Below are positions 11,611-24,019 of a stretch of DNA of 64,000 bases, piece by piece (the first letter of the stretch is position 1; each line of letters starts with the position of its first letter). The position numbers and the translations under genes were made by a program. Source of the stretch: Camelus ferus (taxonomy: Eukaryota); the NCBI RefSeq assembly GCF_009834535.1, contig NC_045716.1, positions 22,692,001-22,756,000 on the forward strand, written 5' to 3'. The notes beneath the pieces are model-generated. The model was not told where the DNA came from. It did not search any database and worked only from the letters and a program-made list of their open reading frames with translations.

Positions 11611-13299
11611 AGAAAACTATAGTAAAAGCATACCTACATATTCTAAAGAGCCTATAAGAAATTATTAAACTAATCATTTTTTTAAAAATTAAGTATCTAC
11701 TTAAGACTTGGCAGCTAGCTCCTTGTTGCCTATTCTTCAAACCCAAGCTGATTCCACAGTACAGCTGGTAGGTCATTTTATGCTCACAGTAGCTTGAATT
11801 AAGAAATCATAGTAACCTTGTAGCTAACTCTGCATCACGAACCATTGAAACTAGACTCAAATCAGATCTTAAAAGAGTTTTTGCTAGTCTGTCTTGAAAC
11901 CTGTCACCTTTCCCCTCCTGTATGGTATTCATCAACTACTAGCAACAGATGGGTTCTGTAATTATAAAGAATTACCATGATTTTCCCAAAGGCACTACCA
12001 GTTTTCTGATATCTCATCCACCCAAATACATCCAACATCCCTGGCAGCTGACTTTGATTCCCACTGGTTTTGCTAGCAGCTGGTTTATTTGTGTTACAAA
12101 CCTACATCACTAGTTTATTTTCCTTGTTGATACTGTGGAAAATCTGATTTGTAGCACTAGGCAAAAGATGCTAGAAAGTGAAACAAAATGTGATTTGAGT
12201 GGAAAAAAAAAATCAGACTTTTTAAAAGCATAAGTAGCCCCACCTCTACCTCCACCTCCTCCCTCCATCCCCAAATCTTTAGACAACTACTCTGGAGTAA
12301 ACCTAAAATGAACCAAAACTACTATTTGATTATCCAAGCAGTAATTTTCAAATAAGGCCAATAATGGAAAATCTAATCTAGGACCACACTTCTGAAGAGA
12401 AAAATCTACAAATTTAAATTCAGTAATTAAAAAGTTTCCACTTTCCTATTGTCTCAAAGAAACCAACAAACCTTCAACATTCAGCTAAAGTGACACTGTA
12501 ACGTCAGTAAAGATGAAATCTGGTTATCTACCCCAACCAAAGATCCCCAGTGTAAGACCAAGTAAATGAAAATGATCTCAAATGATACACTACTCTTTAA
12601 AAAAGCAGTAAGAAAATTCTCTACCAAACACTGCAGTAACATCCCAAAGGTTAGTAAGGCAGAATCCCTGTTCTTACGGGACTTAAAATTTGATGCAATG
12701 ATAAGGCATTAACAAAACATAGGATTCTCATTAAGTGGAAAGAAGGGGAAGAGGTGACAGCAACTCTGTACTCTAGGGCGAGTTCCTCCAATATCCCCTT
12801 AACATCTCTAGGGATAATCAATAGGCTGTAAAGTTTGCTTCTCTGTTACCGCAACAAAAATAAGTTCACATGATGAAAAGGTATTGTGAAATGTAAAGCT
12901 GATACTGATGGGAGTGTTCTGAAATCAGAATCCTGTAGTTTGTGGCTTTGTTCAACAGCAATAAAACAGGTGAGCAGAAATCTTTCACAATTAGTAACTA
13001 AAGCTATTAAATAGCACCTCTAACTCAGACCAACCCAGTCTTACAAACAGTCGCTAGCCTAAAATGAGTAATTTATTCCAGGTCAATTAGAGGGGACTGA
13101 TTTTATCTGTTTTCTCCTATTTATTGTACATACATTTTAAGTATTTGCAAACTGCAGCAAATAATCTCCAAGACAGTTCCTTGTTTTATTTGGAGAATAA
13201 GATACTCTGCTTTAAGTTGAATTACCCCACTTGCTATTTTTAGATTACTAGCATCTCAACCAGGGACCCACTTTCTAGAACACTGTATTAGCACTCTAC

Positions 13300-13410
13300 C
13301 GTATCTGGGTTTCCTTCCAGCAGTACGTTGATGGCTCTGTTGACATCTCCATTGCAGTCATGCAAAGCAATGACACATTCATCTTGGTTCTTGCCTGTGA
13401 TATCAATCAA
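13300..13410 (-). CDS. UBAP2L: UBAP2L exon 4 (111 nt), UBA domain: LIDITGKNQDECVIALHDCNGDVNRAINVLLEGNPDT
   Basis: Translation match; ttgcag acceptor and gtagag donor. Confidence 0.97.
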
Positions 13411-13967
13411 CTGCAAGAGAAGGATTAGCAACCATCATGAACCTGCACTCCCCACAAAAAGAAGCCCGGTGAAAAAAGAGGGAGAAGACATGACTGAGTT
13501 TGAAAGAACCAGATTTTAAAACATAAAATATGCAGAATTTTGGTATCAGAATTCCAAAAGCAAAATATTAACACCTGTGATTATGGATGGGACAAAAGCG
13601 ATCAAACAATAAAGTACCTAATAAAGAAACAAACACAGAAGCACACAGGCTTTAGCATACGATGACTTTCCACATTTCCAAGATGTCACAACCACTCAGA
13701 ATTGCTGTACAATGGTACCAACAAAATCACTCAATAAACAAGACGTTGAAATTGAGATTAAAAATCTTTGAACATGGTGTCTGTCCAAAGGAGCACAGTA
13801 AATCAGACAATAAAAGCACTCATTTACTCACTTAACCTATCATATTTCAGGTCATAATTCTCAATACCTACAGTGAAAAGTATTGTAGTAGGCATCAATG
13901 TTACTTAATTGTGCTTTAATCTTGATATCTTTTCCCATAGTTTACAACAAATTAGCAATACACTCAC

Positions 13968-14045
13968 TTGTTTCACCTTTTCCTCAAAGTCAGCATCGTT
14001 ATGGTCCGAAATCATCTGTGCAAGTCGAATTTGTTCTGCAGTGGC
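13968..14045 (-). CDS. UBAP2L: UBAP2L exon 3 (78 nt): ATAEQIRLAQMISDHNDADFEEKVKQ
   Basis: Translation match; cttag acceptor and gtgagt donor. Confidence 0.97.
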
Positions 14046-15285
14046 CTAAGAAAGCATGATCAAGAGACAAAAGTTTAGAGAAGTAAGAGGGACCTAGGTA
14101 GTCAATATTCACCATCTCCCACCCCAATTTCCTTCTCCTCATTACAAATGATAAAGCAATAAAACACTACCACCATTTAAGATGCTTAAATAAGCAAAAT
14201 GACAACAAAAAGTAAAGCTGCCACTATTTCATTTTACAACCTCTAAAAAAGCAGGGAATCTTTTTCACCAATGTTCAGTTAGAGGCTTTCATTTTGGGAT
14301 CACAACACCACTCTGAAACATCTGTGCCTAAATTCACTTTAATGTGTTTGCAAAGTCATGTGTAAACCCTGTTCCTGTTTCTGTAATGACCAATTCTACC
14401 CCTTATTCCTCAGGGATGAGAATATCATAAGGTTTAGTATGAGGGCACACTAAGTGTATCTTCTGAATATCAAGTGTATATTTATAAGGTATCACAAATT
14501 TCATTGTCCCAACTTAGGTTAAGTACTAAGATTCTGTTACAAATTCTCTTGGAAAAGAGAAGTGAAAGAAAAATGAGTAAGAGAAAAGTTCTGGTCTTAC
14601 ATATTCAATTTATCTGACCATAACCAAGTATAAGCTAATTCATTCATATCAGGTACCAACCACCACCACACTTACAAAAAACAGACCACATCTAGATCCA
14701 AGTTTAAAAAAAAAAAAAAAAAAAAAAAGAACCCATAAACCTCAGTGCCCAGGAGGCTAATTTACTCTCTAAAACTGAGCAATACTCTAGGGTGTCTCAT
14801 TTGTTAATTCTGAAGGAACATGGTAAAGATGCTAACTCCTCATGGGAAAAGAAAAACCAGATTAGGTGGCAATGAGACCAGAGAGGGAAACAGAAGACAA
14901 ATTAGGGAAAAGAAGAGCAAAGGAAGGAAAAAAGGTGGCAAGACAAAGATTGGCTAGAGAGATATCAAGGCGGAAGATCTAGGAAATAAGAAATGTATTG
15001 CTAAAACATTTTGGATAAATGAAAGAAAATGCTATCTTACAGATACAAAGCACAGGACCCATTCTTTCCAAGCCTCACAATGCAGTATATTAAACAACAA
15101 AAAATAAGCATGCTGTATCACAGCATGTCATTAACAGTTATCAGGCCCCAACTGGAAAGAGGCAAGGATTAGAAAACAAGAATAAAGAACCCAAACCAAT
15201 AATCCAAAGCACAGAATGATGCTGTATTGGATGGAAACCATTATCAACCAGCAAGGTTACCCCGCCGATCCACATTCCTTGGGTT

Positions 15286-15468
15286 NNNNNNNNNNNNNNN
15301 NNNNNNNNNNNNNNNNNNNNNNNNNNNNNNNNNNNNNNNNNNNNNNNNNNNNNNNNNNNNNNNNNNNNNNNNNNNNNNNNNNNNNNNNNNNNNNNNNNNN
15401 NNNNNNNNNNNNNNNNNNNNNNNNNNNNNNNNNNNNNNNNNNNNNNNNNNNNNNNNNNNNNNNNNNNN
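15286..15468 (-). other. UBAP2L: N-run inferred to hide UBAP2L exon 2 (start codon, MMTSVGTNR...)
   Basis: I could not find this exon in the readable sequence between exon 3 and the promoter; this is the only gap of suitable size outside the CpG island. Confidence 0.7.
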
Positions 15469-18400
15469 GCAAAATGTTTTCAACCTCTTTTTCATCAGTA
15501 CCTTCACCAAACACTTTCATTTCTTCAAAGAAAAATCAACATTCACCTGTTCTTGAAACATACCTAGTTTGACAAATTCCTTAGGGAACTACAGGTAGTG
15601 ACCCATTTTTGTAGGACATGAAATGTATAAAGCGTATGTTAAATGATGGGTTTTTTTGGTTTTTGTTTTTAGGTTATGGGCACATTTTGGTTACTAGTCC
15701 CCTATAAGCAGGCTTTGTAAAGTTTTGCTATATCAATAGTAAGCAAAACAGTGTTAATAATCAAAAGCCTTCTAATAGCTAAAAATACCTAAGGTCCCTT
15801 TGACAGAAGGAAAGATAATCAGCAAAGCTTGGAAACAAAAGCCTTCTAGGAAAGGGGATTAGTCTATACTCCAAATAAAAATAATTTAAAATGCTGTATT
15901 CAGTCTACCTTTGTAAACAGCCTTACCTGCCTTACGTAAGTTGTATGTGACCTCCATCATTTGGGAAAGGATAAGCTCAAGTTTGCCTCTTTCTCTCTCA
16001 AGTTTATACCTCTCAGTATGCTGTGGGGGCTCCCACAGCCTTCAACAAGGCATGTGTTAGCCCCAGTGACTTTGCCCAGAATCTTAGTTCCCTGGATAAT
16101 ACTTTCAACACACTTCTTTTGTGGCTGTTTCTGTTGGTTTCCTAAGTCCACAGTTTCCAGACACTGGAATTGCAATTACCCTCCACCACTCACCTTAATA
16201 CATAGAGAATCCCAAATTTGTCCTAAAAGCATCTAGCCCAAAGTTTTATTTGGAAGAAAGTGCCTCTGGGAAATAATTTTAAACTTGAAACATTGCCAGC
16301 AAGATGACTTTGTTGAGTCTTTAAAAGAGACATGAAACACACAAGGCCTTCACAAAACCAGAGCAGTTTTTGTTATAACACTTCTAACAAGCAAGGATTC
16401 TACTGAATTTAAGTTGCCTTCATTCATACTTTTATAATGCAATCTCAGCTGCTGCATTTAATAAACAAAGAAAACATTCATCATATGACGGAGTGCTCAA
16501 AATAAGAGGTTACTCTGCATTGTTTTATTCCCTTCCAAAGAAGACAAGTTTATACTTTTCTGCTCTATGTTTAATTTTTTTTCATTAATGAAACTTCATA
16601 CAGGGTAATTCTTAACTGCCCGGGAGACATTGCTGGATTTGAGGGAAGGGTGGGATGGGCTTCTAAAAAAAATGTTAAGGATTAACTATTAGGAAAGCGA
16701 ATTTCACCTGTTTCTCGGGGTCACAAAGAAAGCTGACTTTCCTGTAGATAAATTCTTCACCAAGTTGGGTCAATATGTTACATAGGTTTTTATTTTCTAA
16801 TGCAGTCATTGAGAATCCTACGTTCCCTATCACCAAGATATTTTTAATAAAAATATTTTTAAGAAAACTTCAATCAGAGCTAATTTTTAACTATTATCTC
16901 TTCCCCCTACACACATGTGCACAAAAAGGCCTATAAATATGTTTAGGTAGTATAGGATTATTTGATACACAGTAGTCCGTTTTCCCAGGCCAGCATTACT
17001 GTCAAGTTTCAAGTTAATTAAAAAAAAAAAAAAGTGTTGTTCAACTAAGTACCCCTGGATTCAAATCAGAGGGGGAAAAAAAAAGGAAAACTACTAAGCT
17101 TTATTAAAAAGAGGCTCTAAGGTAAAGATTCTAACATGAAAGTAGCCACTCCAGTAAGGTACAAGTATTGATTGCTTTCTACTCCACATGTGATTTCAAT
17201 TCATGAGCATGAGTTACACTGCAGATATGAATTGCATGAATAGCTATATGGACAACTGTGTGTACGGTACCAACGTAAACATATTAAAAAGTCATCTTAA
17301 AAGCCACATAATTAGAGGGGAAAAAATCCTCCTGTATACTCTTGCTATTAACTTCCATTTCTCGCTTACAAATGCTTTGAAATGTGTGACTAAGAAAATT
17401 TTACCACCTAGCTAGTAACAGCACTGAGCAACAGGTCAAAAGTAAGTGATCTGGGAAGGATCACTGGAGGGCACAGAATTAGCAGAGACACATACCCAGA
17501 GTTATCACAGTGGAGACGAGGAATCTTGTTAAGTACTCTTTCTTAGAAAATAAAAATATTTAAAGGAAATAGGTGAGAAGTATTGGAGACCAAGGGAATA
17601 GTGCAGGAACAAATACAGGTTTCAACACAGGAGTGCCCTTGACCATTTTTTGAAAACCAGCTACTTAAAAAAATAGCCAGAGAAATTTTACCGAAAAAAA
17701 TAAGTAACAAGTATTTATTGAGTATCTACTATGTGTCCAGTACTTTAAAAATACAAAAGCAATATGACTTAGTCGCTGCCCTCAGGGAGCTTACAATCTA
17801 ATTTGAGAAACAATTCAGAAACTCTGAAGCTGGACTAGGGTGGGTAAGGCTTGTTACTTCTAACAGAGCAACTAATCCCCCTAGATGCTCTGGAAATGAC
17901 CCCAGCATCCCTTTTTAAAAAAAAAAAAGAGTACTTCCCAATTAGGACACATTGAGAAAGAAGGGGCTTTAAAAATCAAAAGCAAAACAGTACATTTTAA
18001 GGCCTTTCATCATTAGCTTACATGCGAGCAAAACTTCCCAACTTCCCATTCACAACGGAAATAATCACTGGGATAGTCTAATCTTTAAAGACAATGCTTG
18101 TAGGATCTCAAAGCAGTTTTATCAACCCACCCATACACAGCCAAGACGTTTTCGCTCTCTAGAAAAGCTGGTTGTCACTGACCCTCATCACCTCCCAGCA
18201 AGTCACATCAGATATCCCTAAAGCAGGATATGAGCAGTGAAAGGTGGATAGGGAGGAAACAAAAAAAAGGGGGGGGAGGTTCTCCAAAGAATAATCAGGG
18301 ACAAAGGCAAAAAGGATAACAATAACAACAAAAAAAGGCCTGTTACTGTGGTGTTTTTCTTTCCACAACATCCTACACCAGAGATGGCTACATTTCAAGA

Positions 18401-20036
18401 ACGGTGGAAAAGGAGCAGCCTCCTGTTTGTGACATCAGTTTGCAAAGCAATTTAGGGACTGTCCACAACATGAAGGGTCTGAAGAAATTTGGAATTCCTG
18501 TCCCATTTTGAGAAGAGTGAACGAATACACCTCAGTGCTCTAGTGACGTCCCTTGGGCGTAATATATCCCATAGGGGCCTCCATGTCCAGCTTCCCAAAT
18601 AACATAATTGTTTAGGGTACCCAAAACAACAGTATGGACGACAGGAAGCTAAAGACAGCAGCAAAAAATACTATTTCAAGAGCTAGGGCGATGAGAAAGA
18701 AGGAAGGATAATAAGAAGAGCTGACAAAGAGGCTGCAAACGGAGAGGGGACGCAAGCCCACGCGTGGAGGATGGGAGGCTCACCCGGCTCAGCGCCACAT
18801 CGGGAGCTCACAGGGCCAATCGCCTCCTTACCTCCCACCCGGAACAAATTAATCCCCCGCACTCCAAACTGAGGGCCACATGGGGGAGTTTGGGGCAGCT
18901 CCACCCCATCGCCCTCCCTCCCTACCGCCACCCCCAAACCAGGCCGGATCCGGATCACAGGAGGCCCGCAGAGGGTTGGAAAGGGAGGAGGCCCCCTCGT
19001 CTTCTTGCAGGCACCGGCCAGGGTTAAGAGAGGGCCCTACCTCAGGCGGGGCCCAGGCCTCGCTCGCTTCGCGCTTTCTCACTCTCCCCCCCTTCTCAGG
19101 CTCTAGCCGCATGGCCCCCCCCCTCCGGCTGCCCCAAGCCCCGCCCCGGCCACGCTCCCAAATCGAGGCCCCGGCTCTGGTGCGGCCCACTAGGCCGCGA
19201 ACCCAACCATAAACAAAACCTCCAGCGGCCGACTCGGGGTTGGGGGGAGGGCGCCAGGGCTCGCACGACTAGGAAGGGGGGGTGTACAGTGGGGAACACA
19301 CGGTGCGGGGGGGCCTACCGAGGGAGGGGGATACGGCAGGGGTAGNNNNNNNNNNNNNNNNNNNNNNNNNNNNNNNNNNNNNNNNNNNNNNNNNNNNNNN
19401 NNNNNNNNNNNNNNNNNNNNNNNNNNNNNNNNNNNNNNNNNNNNNNNNNNNNNNNNNNNNNNNNNNNNNNNNNNNNNNNNNNNNNNNNNNNNNNNNNNNN
19501 NNNNNNNNNNNNNNNNNNNNNNNNNNNNNNNNNCCTCCCCACCCCCTCCCTCCTTTTTCCTCTAGCGCTCGCTCTCGCGCCTTCCCCCTCCCACTTGCCT
19601 TCCTGCGTCCCCCAGCACGTGACGCGAAAAGGGACGCGCACGCAAGCGTGCGCGTGCCGCCTCGCCACGAGACAGCTCACTCCGGCTCTGTGCGTCCGCC
19701 CCGCCTCCTCTACGGCGGCCCCGCCTCCACCACGTGACGCACGGATGGCCTCCGCTTCCTCTTACTGGCGTAGTTCCGCGTCTCCGCACTAGCCGGTCCC
19801 GGTTGCCATTGCCTGCCTGAGTCACGTGCTGGGGGGAAGCGGGAAGGCGTTGTTCTTCTTTCCTAGCCCTCCCCCCGTCCGCCATGTTTTCAGGCCGGGT
19901 CAGCCTTGGTCTTTCCGCGTAAGGAAATGGCCGGGGCGCTTCGGGAGAGTCAGGCGCCGTTGCCTCGGCGGAGCCTGGGCTGACGAGGCAGGGCAGTGGG
20001 GTAAAGCGGAGCAGGTCTGCGCGGGGTGGGGAGGCC

Positions 20037-20102
20037 ATGGCGTCCGGCAGTAACTGGCTGTCCGGCGTGAATGTCGTGCTGGTGATGGCCTACGGGAGCC
20101 TG
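20037..20102 (+). CDS. C1orf43: C1orf43 (NICE-3) exon 1: MASGSNWLSGVNVVLVMAYGSL
   Basis: Kozak gccATGG, translation match, gtgagg donor. Confidence 0.96.
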
Positions 20103-20198
20103 GTGAGGAGAACCCCCACCCCATTCCTGTTGTCGCGTCTGACTCGGTAGAGACCCTCCTCTTGAGCAGGTCCCTGTCCTCATTCTCCACCCACTCAC

Positions 20199-20290
20199 CT
20201 GCGCTTTTTCTGGGCTTTGACGCCTATCCCAGGAGTACCTGGGAGCAAAAGTCAGCAGCTCGGACCGCCCCGCCTCTGGCCGAGAACCCT
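20199..20290 (-). other. UBAP2L: Upstream non-coding first exon of UBAP2L inside C1orf43 intron 1 (5' limit approximate)
   Basis: Perfect minus-strand donor CAG|GTGAGT at 20198; the preceding sequence resembles the human UBAP2L 5'UTR as I recall it (...gtcaaagccc...gcgcag). Confidence 0.65.
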
Positions 20291-20487
20291 CCCTCTAAAC
20301 CGTAGGATACAGGACCCCCCCAATGCCTCTCCGCGCCAGGCTTCTCTTTAGCCACCGCATCTCTGATGGCCTTGCTTTGCCACAGTTTATACTCCAAAGC
20401 ATTCCTGAGAGCCCGAATTGGGGAATTTGAAATGAAGGCATGCCTTATTTTTTAACTATTTTTTTTAATTAAAGATTCTTTATTTCT

Positions 20488-20627
20488 NNNNNNNNNNNNN
20501 NNNNNNNNNNNNNNNNNNNNNNNNNNNNNNNNNNNNNNNNNNNNNNNNNNNNNNNNNNNNNNNNNNNNNNNNNNNNNNNNNNNNNNNNNNNNNNNNNNNN
20601 NNNNNNNNNNNNNNNNNNNNNNNNNNN
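20488..20627 (+). other. C1orf43: N-run inferred to hide C1orf43 exon 2 (~102 nt, VFVLLFIF...HNAPK)
   Basis: Preceded by a pyrimidine tract (ttctttatttct); exon is absent elsewhere; with it the CDS totals 253 aa, as in human. Confidence 0.82.
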
Positions 20628-21169
20628 ATGGGTCTGGTTTTCCAGATCTATTATGGCCCACAATGACATTTCCTTTAGAAGTGACTGATTTCTCATGTTT
20701 CCTTGGCCAGTTACCCATGTGCTTACCTTAGGATATTGAGCAAGTAAAGGTCAGCTTGGCCCTGGCTTACCTGCTGCATGCTGTGGCACAGCATATAGCT
20801 TATCCAGGAATTTCAGTTTTTTGCACTGCAGAATGAAGGTCTTAGGTTAACTAATTCCCAACTCTGTGGTAAGATGTTTTCCCGGTTCAACTTAAACTAC
20901 CCAGTGTTTTCTGGTTTGGAGTTTTTGTTTGTTTGTTTTAGAATGAGGTTAGGGTAGTTAGAATTAGCCCCAGATCAGTGAGAGGGGTTGCCTTTGCACA
21001 ACTTTAGATTTATAAGGGCCCCATAAATCATCTAGTTTGATCATTCATGTTACAAACACACCTGAGAAAAGGAAGCAACTTACTTAAGGACATACAGGAA
21101 GTGAGAAACCAAATAGTCTCTGTCTGTAGGCTTTCCTGAGGTAATTGCTTTCTTTTCCTCAGCTTTAAA

Positions 21170-21745
21170 TAGCTACTGATGAAATTTTATCTCTATCCCA
21201 AACCTTTACGAGTTCCCTATTTGTATATCCAATTGCGTACCTAACATTTCCAGTTAGATGTCTGATAGGCATATCAAACCCAACATGTCTAAATGAGAAC
21301 TCTTGATATCCCACTACCACCCCCACCCTGTTTCTTCTGTCTTCTGCTTCTGGGTAAAAGGTGCCTGCTGCCCTTACCAACCTCCTTTTGTGTGGCTCTC
21401 CCCTAATCACTGGCAGCCAGCTACACTGGTTGAATTTTTTTCATCTTTACATACGCTGTTACTGTGGCCTAGAATGAACTACCTCTGGTCTTCAATTGAC
21501 TAGCTCATTTGATCTTTAGATCTTAGCTTAAATATTTCCTACAAAGAGGAATGCTTATGACCCATTATAAAGTAGGTCCTCTTTGTTTTCAGATAGCATT
21601 TTACCAGAAATTTTCTTTTATATTCATTTGTTTAATGCCTCTCTCTTTCCTGAACTTCAAGAATGTAGGCACCATACCAGTTTTGTTCACTGCTGTAAAG
21701 CCAGGGTCTACCCATAGTATACAGTCTGTAACTCATTGCTGAGTG
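21170..21745 (-). mobile_element. L2 LINE fragment
   Basis: gatgtctgataggcatatcaaacccaacatgtctaaa...ttgttcactgctgtaaagccagggtct resembles L2a in antisense. Confidence 0.6.
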
Positions 21746-22072
21746 AAAAGCAGGTTAGTGGGAGAGCTGAGCTGGTACACAATTCTGTCAGTTCCTAGAC
21801 CAATGCGCTTTCATTTCTTTCAGTGCTGTAACCCTCCCCTCCTTGTTCTTGGCTAATGTATTTCATGGAAAGCCTCAAGGAAGATGTCAACAGTGCTTCC
21901 ACGTTCCCTCAGTTCTCTAAATGCCAACTGCCTCCCATATGAGGGATATAGGGTTAGTTTCCTGTATGTCATGAACCAATCAAAACTTTTGACTATTTAG
22001 GATGATCCCCTCCCTCCCCACCCCATTACATGAGACAAAGATTCCTTTTGCTTTAAAAAAATTCTCTTCTAA

Positions 22073-22725
22073 ATTCTCATCCATTGTTTGTGGAAGTATA
22101 AATTAGTAAAACTGCTTTGAAAAATATTTGGTCATTGTCCAGTGAGATTGCAAATGTACCTAATCCACAGCCCAGCAATTCTACTCCTACCATAGAAAAA
22201 TTAATTTTTGCTCATGTGTACCCAAAGACATGTCCAAGAATACTCACAGCATTGTCTGTAATATTTTAAAAAGAAACTTATTACTCTTAAGTGTCCACTT
22301 AAAAATGGATATATAATGACATATTTACATTCTAGTATATTATAAGGAATGAAAACATACTGAAGATAAATATATGAACACCAGTGAATCTCTAAAATAT
22401 TTTTGAATGGAAAAAATGAATCACAAACATGAATCTCAAAAACATAGTGAAAAAATGTCAGAAGGCAGAATATGTACCATATGAGTCTGTTTATTTGTAT
22501 GGAATTCTAGAATAGGCAGAACTATATTGATAGCAAGCACATCACTGTTGCCTGGGGCAGGGAGGGAAAGGTATATGAAGTATATTTTGGGGTGATGGAA
22601 ATGTTCTGTATCTTGATTGGTATGGTGGTTGAATGGGTGTATTCAAAATTCTTCAACCTACACTTAAAAATGGATGCATTTAATTGCATGTAAATTCAAC
22701 CTCAATAAAGTTTATTTAAATTTTA
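22073..22725 (+). mobile_element. Old L1 (L1MC/MD/ME-like) 3' fragment
   Basis: cccagcaattctactcc...ggtgatggaaatgttctgtatcttgattgg...ctcaataaag. Confidence 0.65.
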
Positions 22726-23639
22726 AAAGATAGGTTGCAGAGGAATTCAAGAAGTATTTTTCCATTTGTATGAAGTTGAAAACCAGACAAACTAAACATT
22801 TTTCAGGGTGAAATAGGCAGTAAAACAGTAAAGAAAAATAGGCTGTTGACATTAAGATTGGGGGGTTGCATTCAATCAGGGATGGGCACACAAGGCTTCA
22901 AAGTCATTGGTAGTGTCCCAGTTCATAAACGGGATAGTGGATACAGGTGTCCATCTTAATGAATTTTATAATTATTTAAAATAAACATATATATCATATG
23001 CATTCTGTGTATGATATGGTTCATGCTGGAAGTTTCTAAAAAGTTACAAGAAAAAAGAATATTTCCTGGGGCTCTGGCAACCCTCTTAAATGAGAGAAAT
23101 GAATATGAAGCTGTTCACAGTGGTTACTTCTGGGTTAAGTGGGGGTGACACCTTTAGTATCTTCTTTTAATTACCTACTTAAAAAATTCAATATGCTCTG
23201 GAAGAAAGCCTGTAGAAATCCTGTGGTCCACCAGGTAGGGATAGTCCCCAAACTATTATAAATCACATGAGGTCTCTGTATAGGTTTTTAGAGTAGATTA
23301 TGACTTCTAGCTGATGTCCACTTTTTTCCCAGTTCAAGGAATTCTTTATGACACCCAACCAAGATTTTTCTAAATCCAACTGAAAGTTGAACATAATGTT
23401 GATGCTATAGAGCTTGAAGGAATTCTAGCAGGTTAAAAGATCTAGCTTAGAGATGTACAGTTTGGAGAGGTTCTTAGAGAAGCCAGTCCCATTCTTAAAT
23501 TATTGAGTCCTGTCTGGCAGTTTCACTAGCCAAATGAGCATTTTCTCTGCTTCTGTTCACCTGCTCTGTCCCATTTCCAGACTGATGGGAAGCAAAGTAC
23601 AGGCTAAGTGGTTATGTATTATTTTCTCCCCATGAACAG

Positions 23640-23757
23640 GACTTAAAAGAAGAGATTGATATCCGACTATCCAGAGTTCAGGATATCAAGTATGAACCTC
23701 AGCTCCTTGCAGATGATGATGCAAGACTGCTACAGCTGGAAACCCAGGGAAATCAAA
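23640..23757 (+). CDS. C1orf43: C1orf43 exon 3 (118 nt): DLKEEIDIRLSRVQDIKYEPQLLADDDARLLQLETQGNQ
   Basis: Translation match; aacag acceptor and gtaggt donor. Confidence 0.96.
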
Positions 23758-23965
23758 GTAGGTAGCATGCTCTTGGAGGACACTCCAGTGAGGAGTTCCA
23801 CAAATTCAGAATTCCTTTTCTCTCAGGGTGGTCAACATAGCTGCTGGGTTTGCCAGTGGTTTCTTGTTACTGGCTATATGTTAGATATGGGAGGCATTTA
23901 TTGGCTTGCTGGAGTTTGGAGAATCTTTTAAGGGTTATGCCTGAGACCAGTCTCTTTCTCAGCAG

Positions 23966-24019
23966 GTTGCTACAACTACCTATACAGGATGAAAGCTCTG
24001 GATGCCATCCGTGCCTCTG
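23966..24019 (+). CDS. C1orf43: C1orf43 exon 4 (54 nt): SCYNYLYRMKALDAIRAS
   Basis: Translation match; tandem cagcag acceptor and gtaagg donor. Confidence 0.95.

Larger units (their letters stand above)
18740..20340. promoter_or_regulatory. CpG island / bidirectional promoter of UBAP2L (-) and C1orf43 (+); GC boxes, 3 CACGTG E-boxes (19616, 19731, 19823), YY1-like CCGCCATGTT (19879-19888)
   Basis: Abrupt rise in GC and CpG content between divergent genes; motifs read directly. Confidence 0.9.

Noticed and set aside
16708-16741. 34-nt segment flanked by ctacag and gtgaaa on the minus strand as a 5'UTR microexon
   Set aside because: The acceptor has almost no pyrimidine tract; compatible with chance
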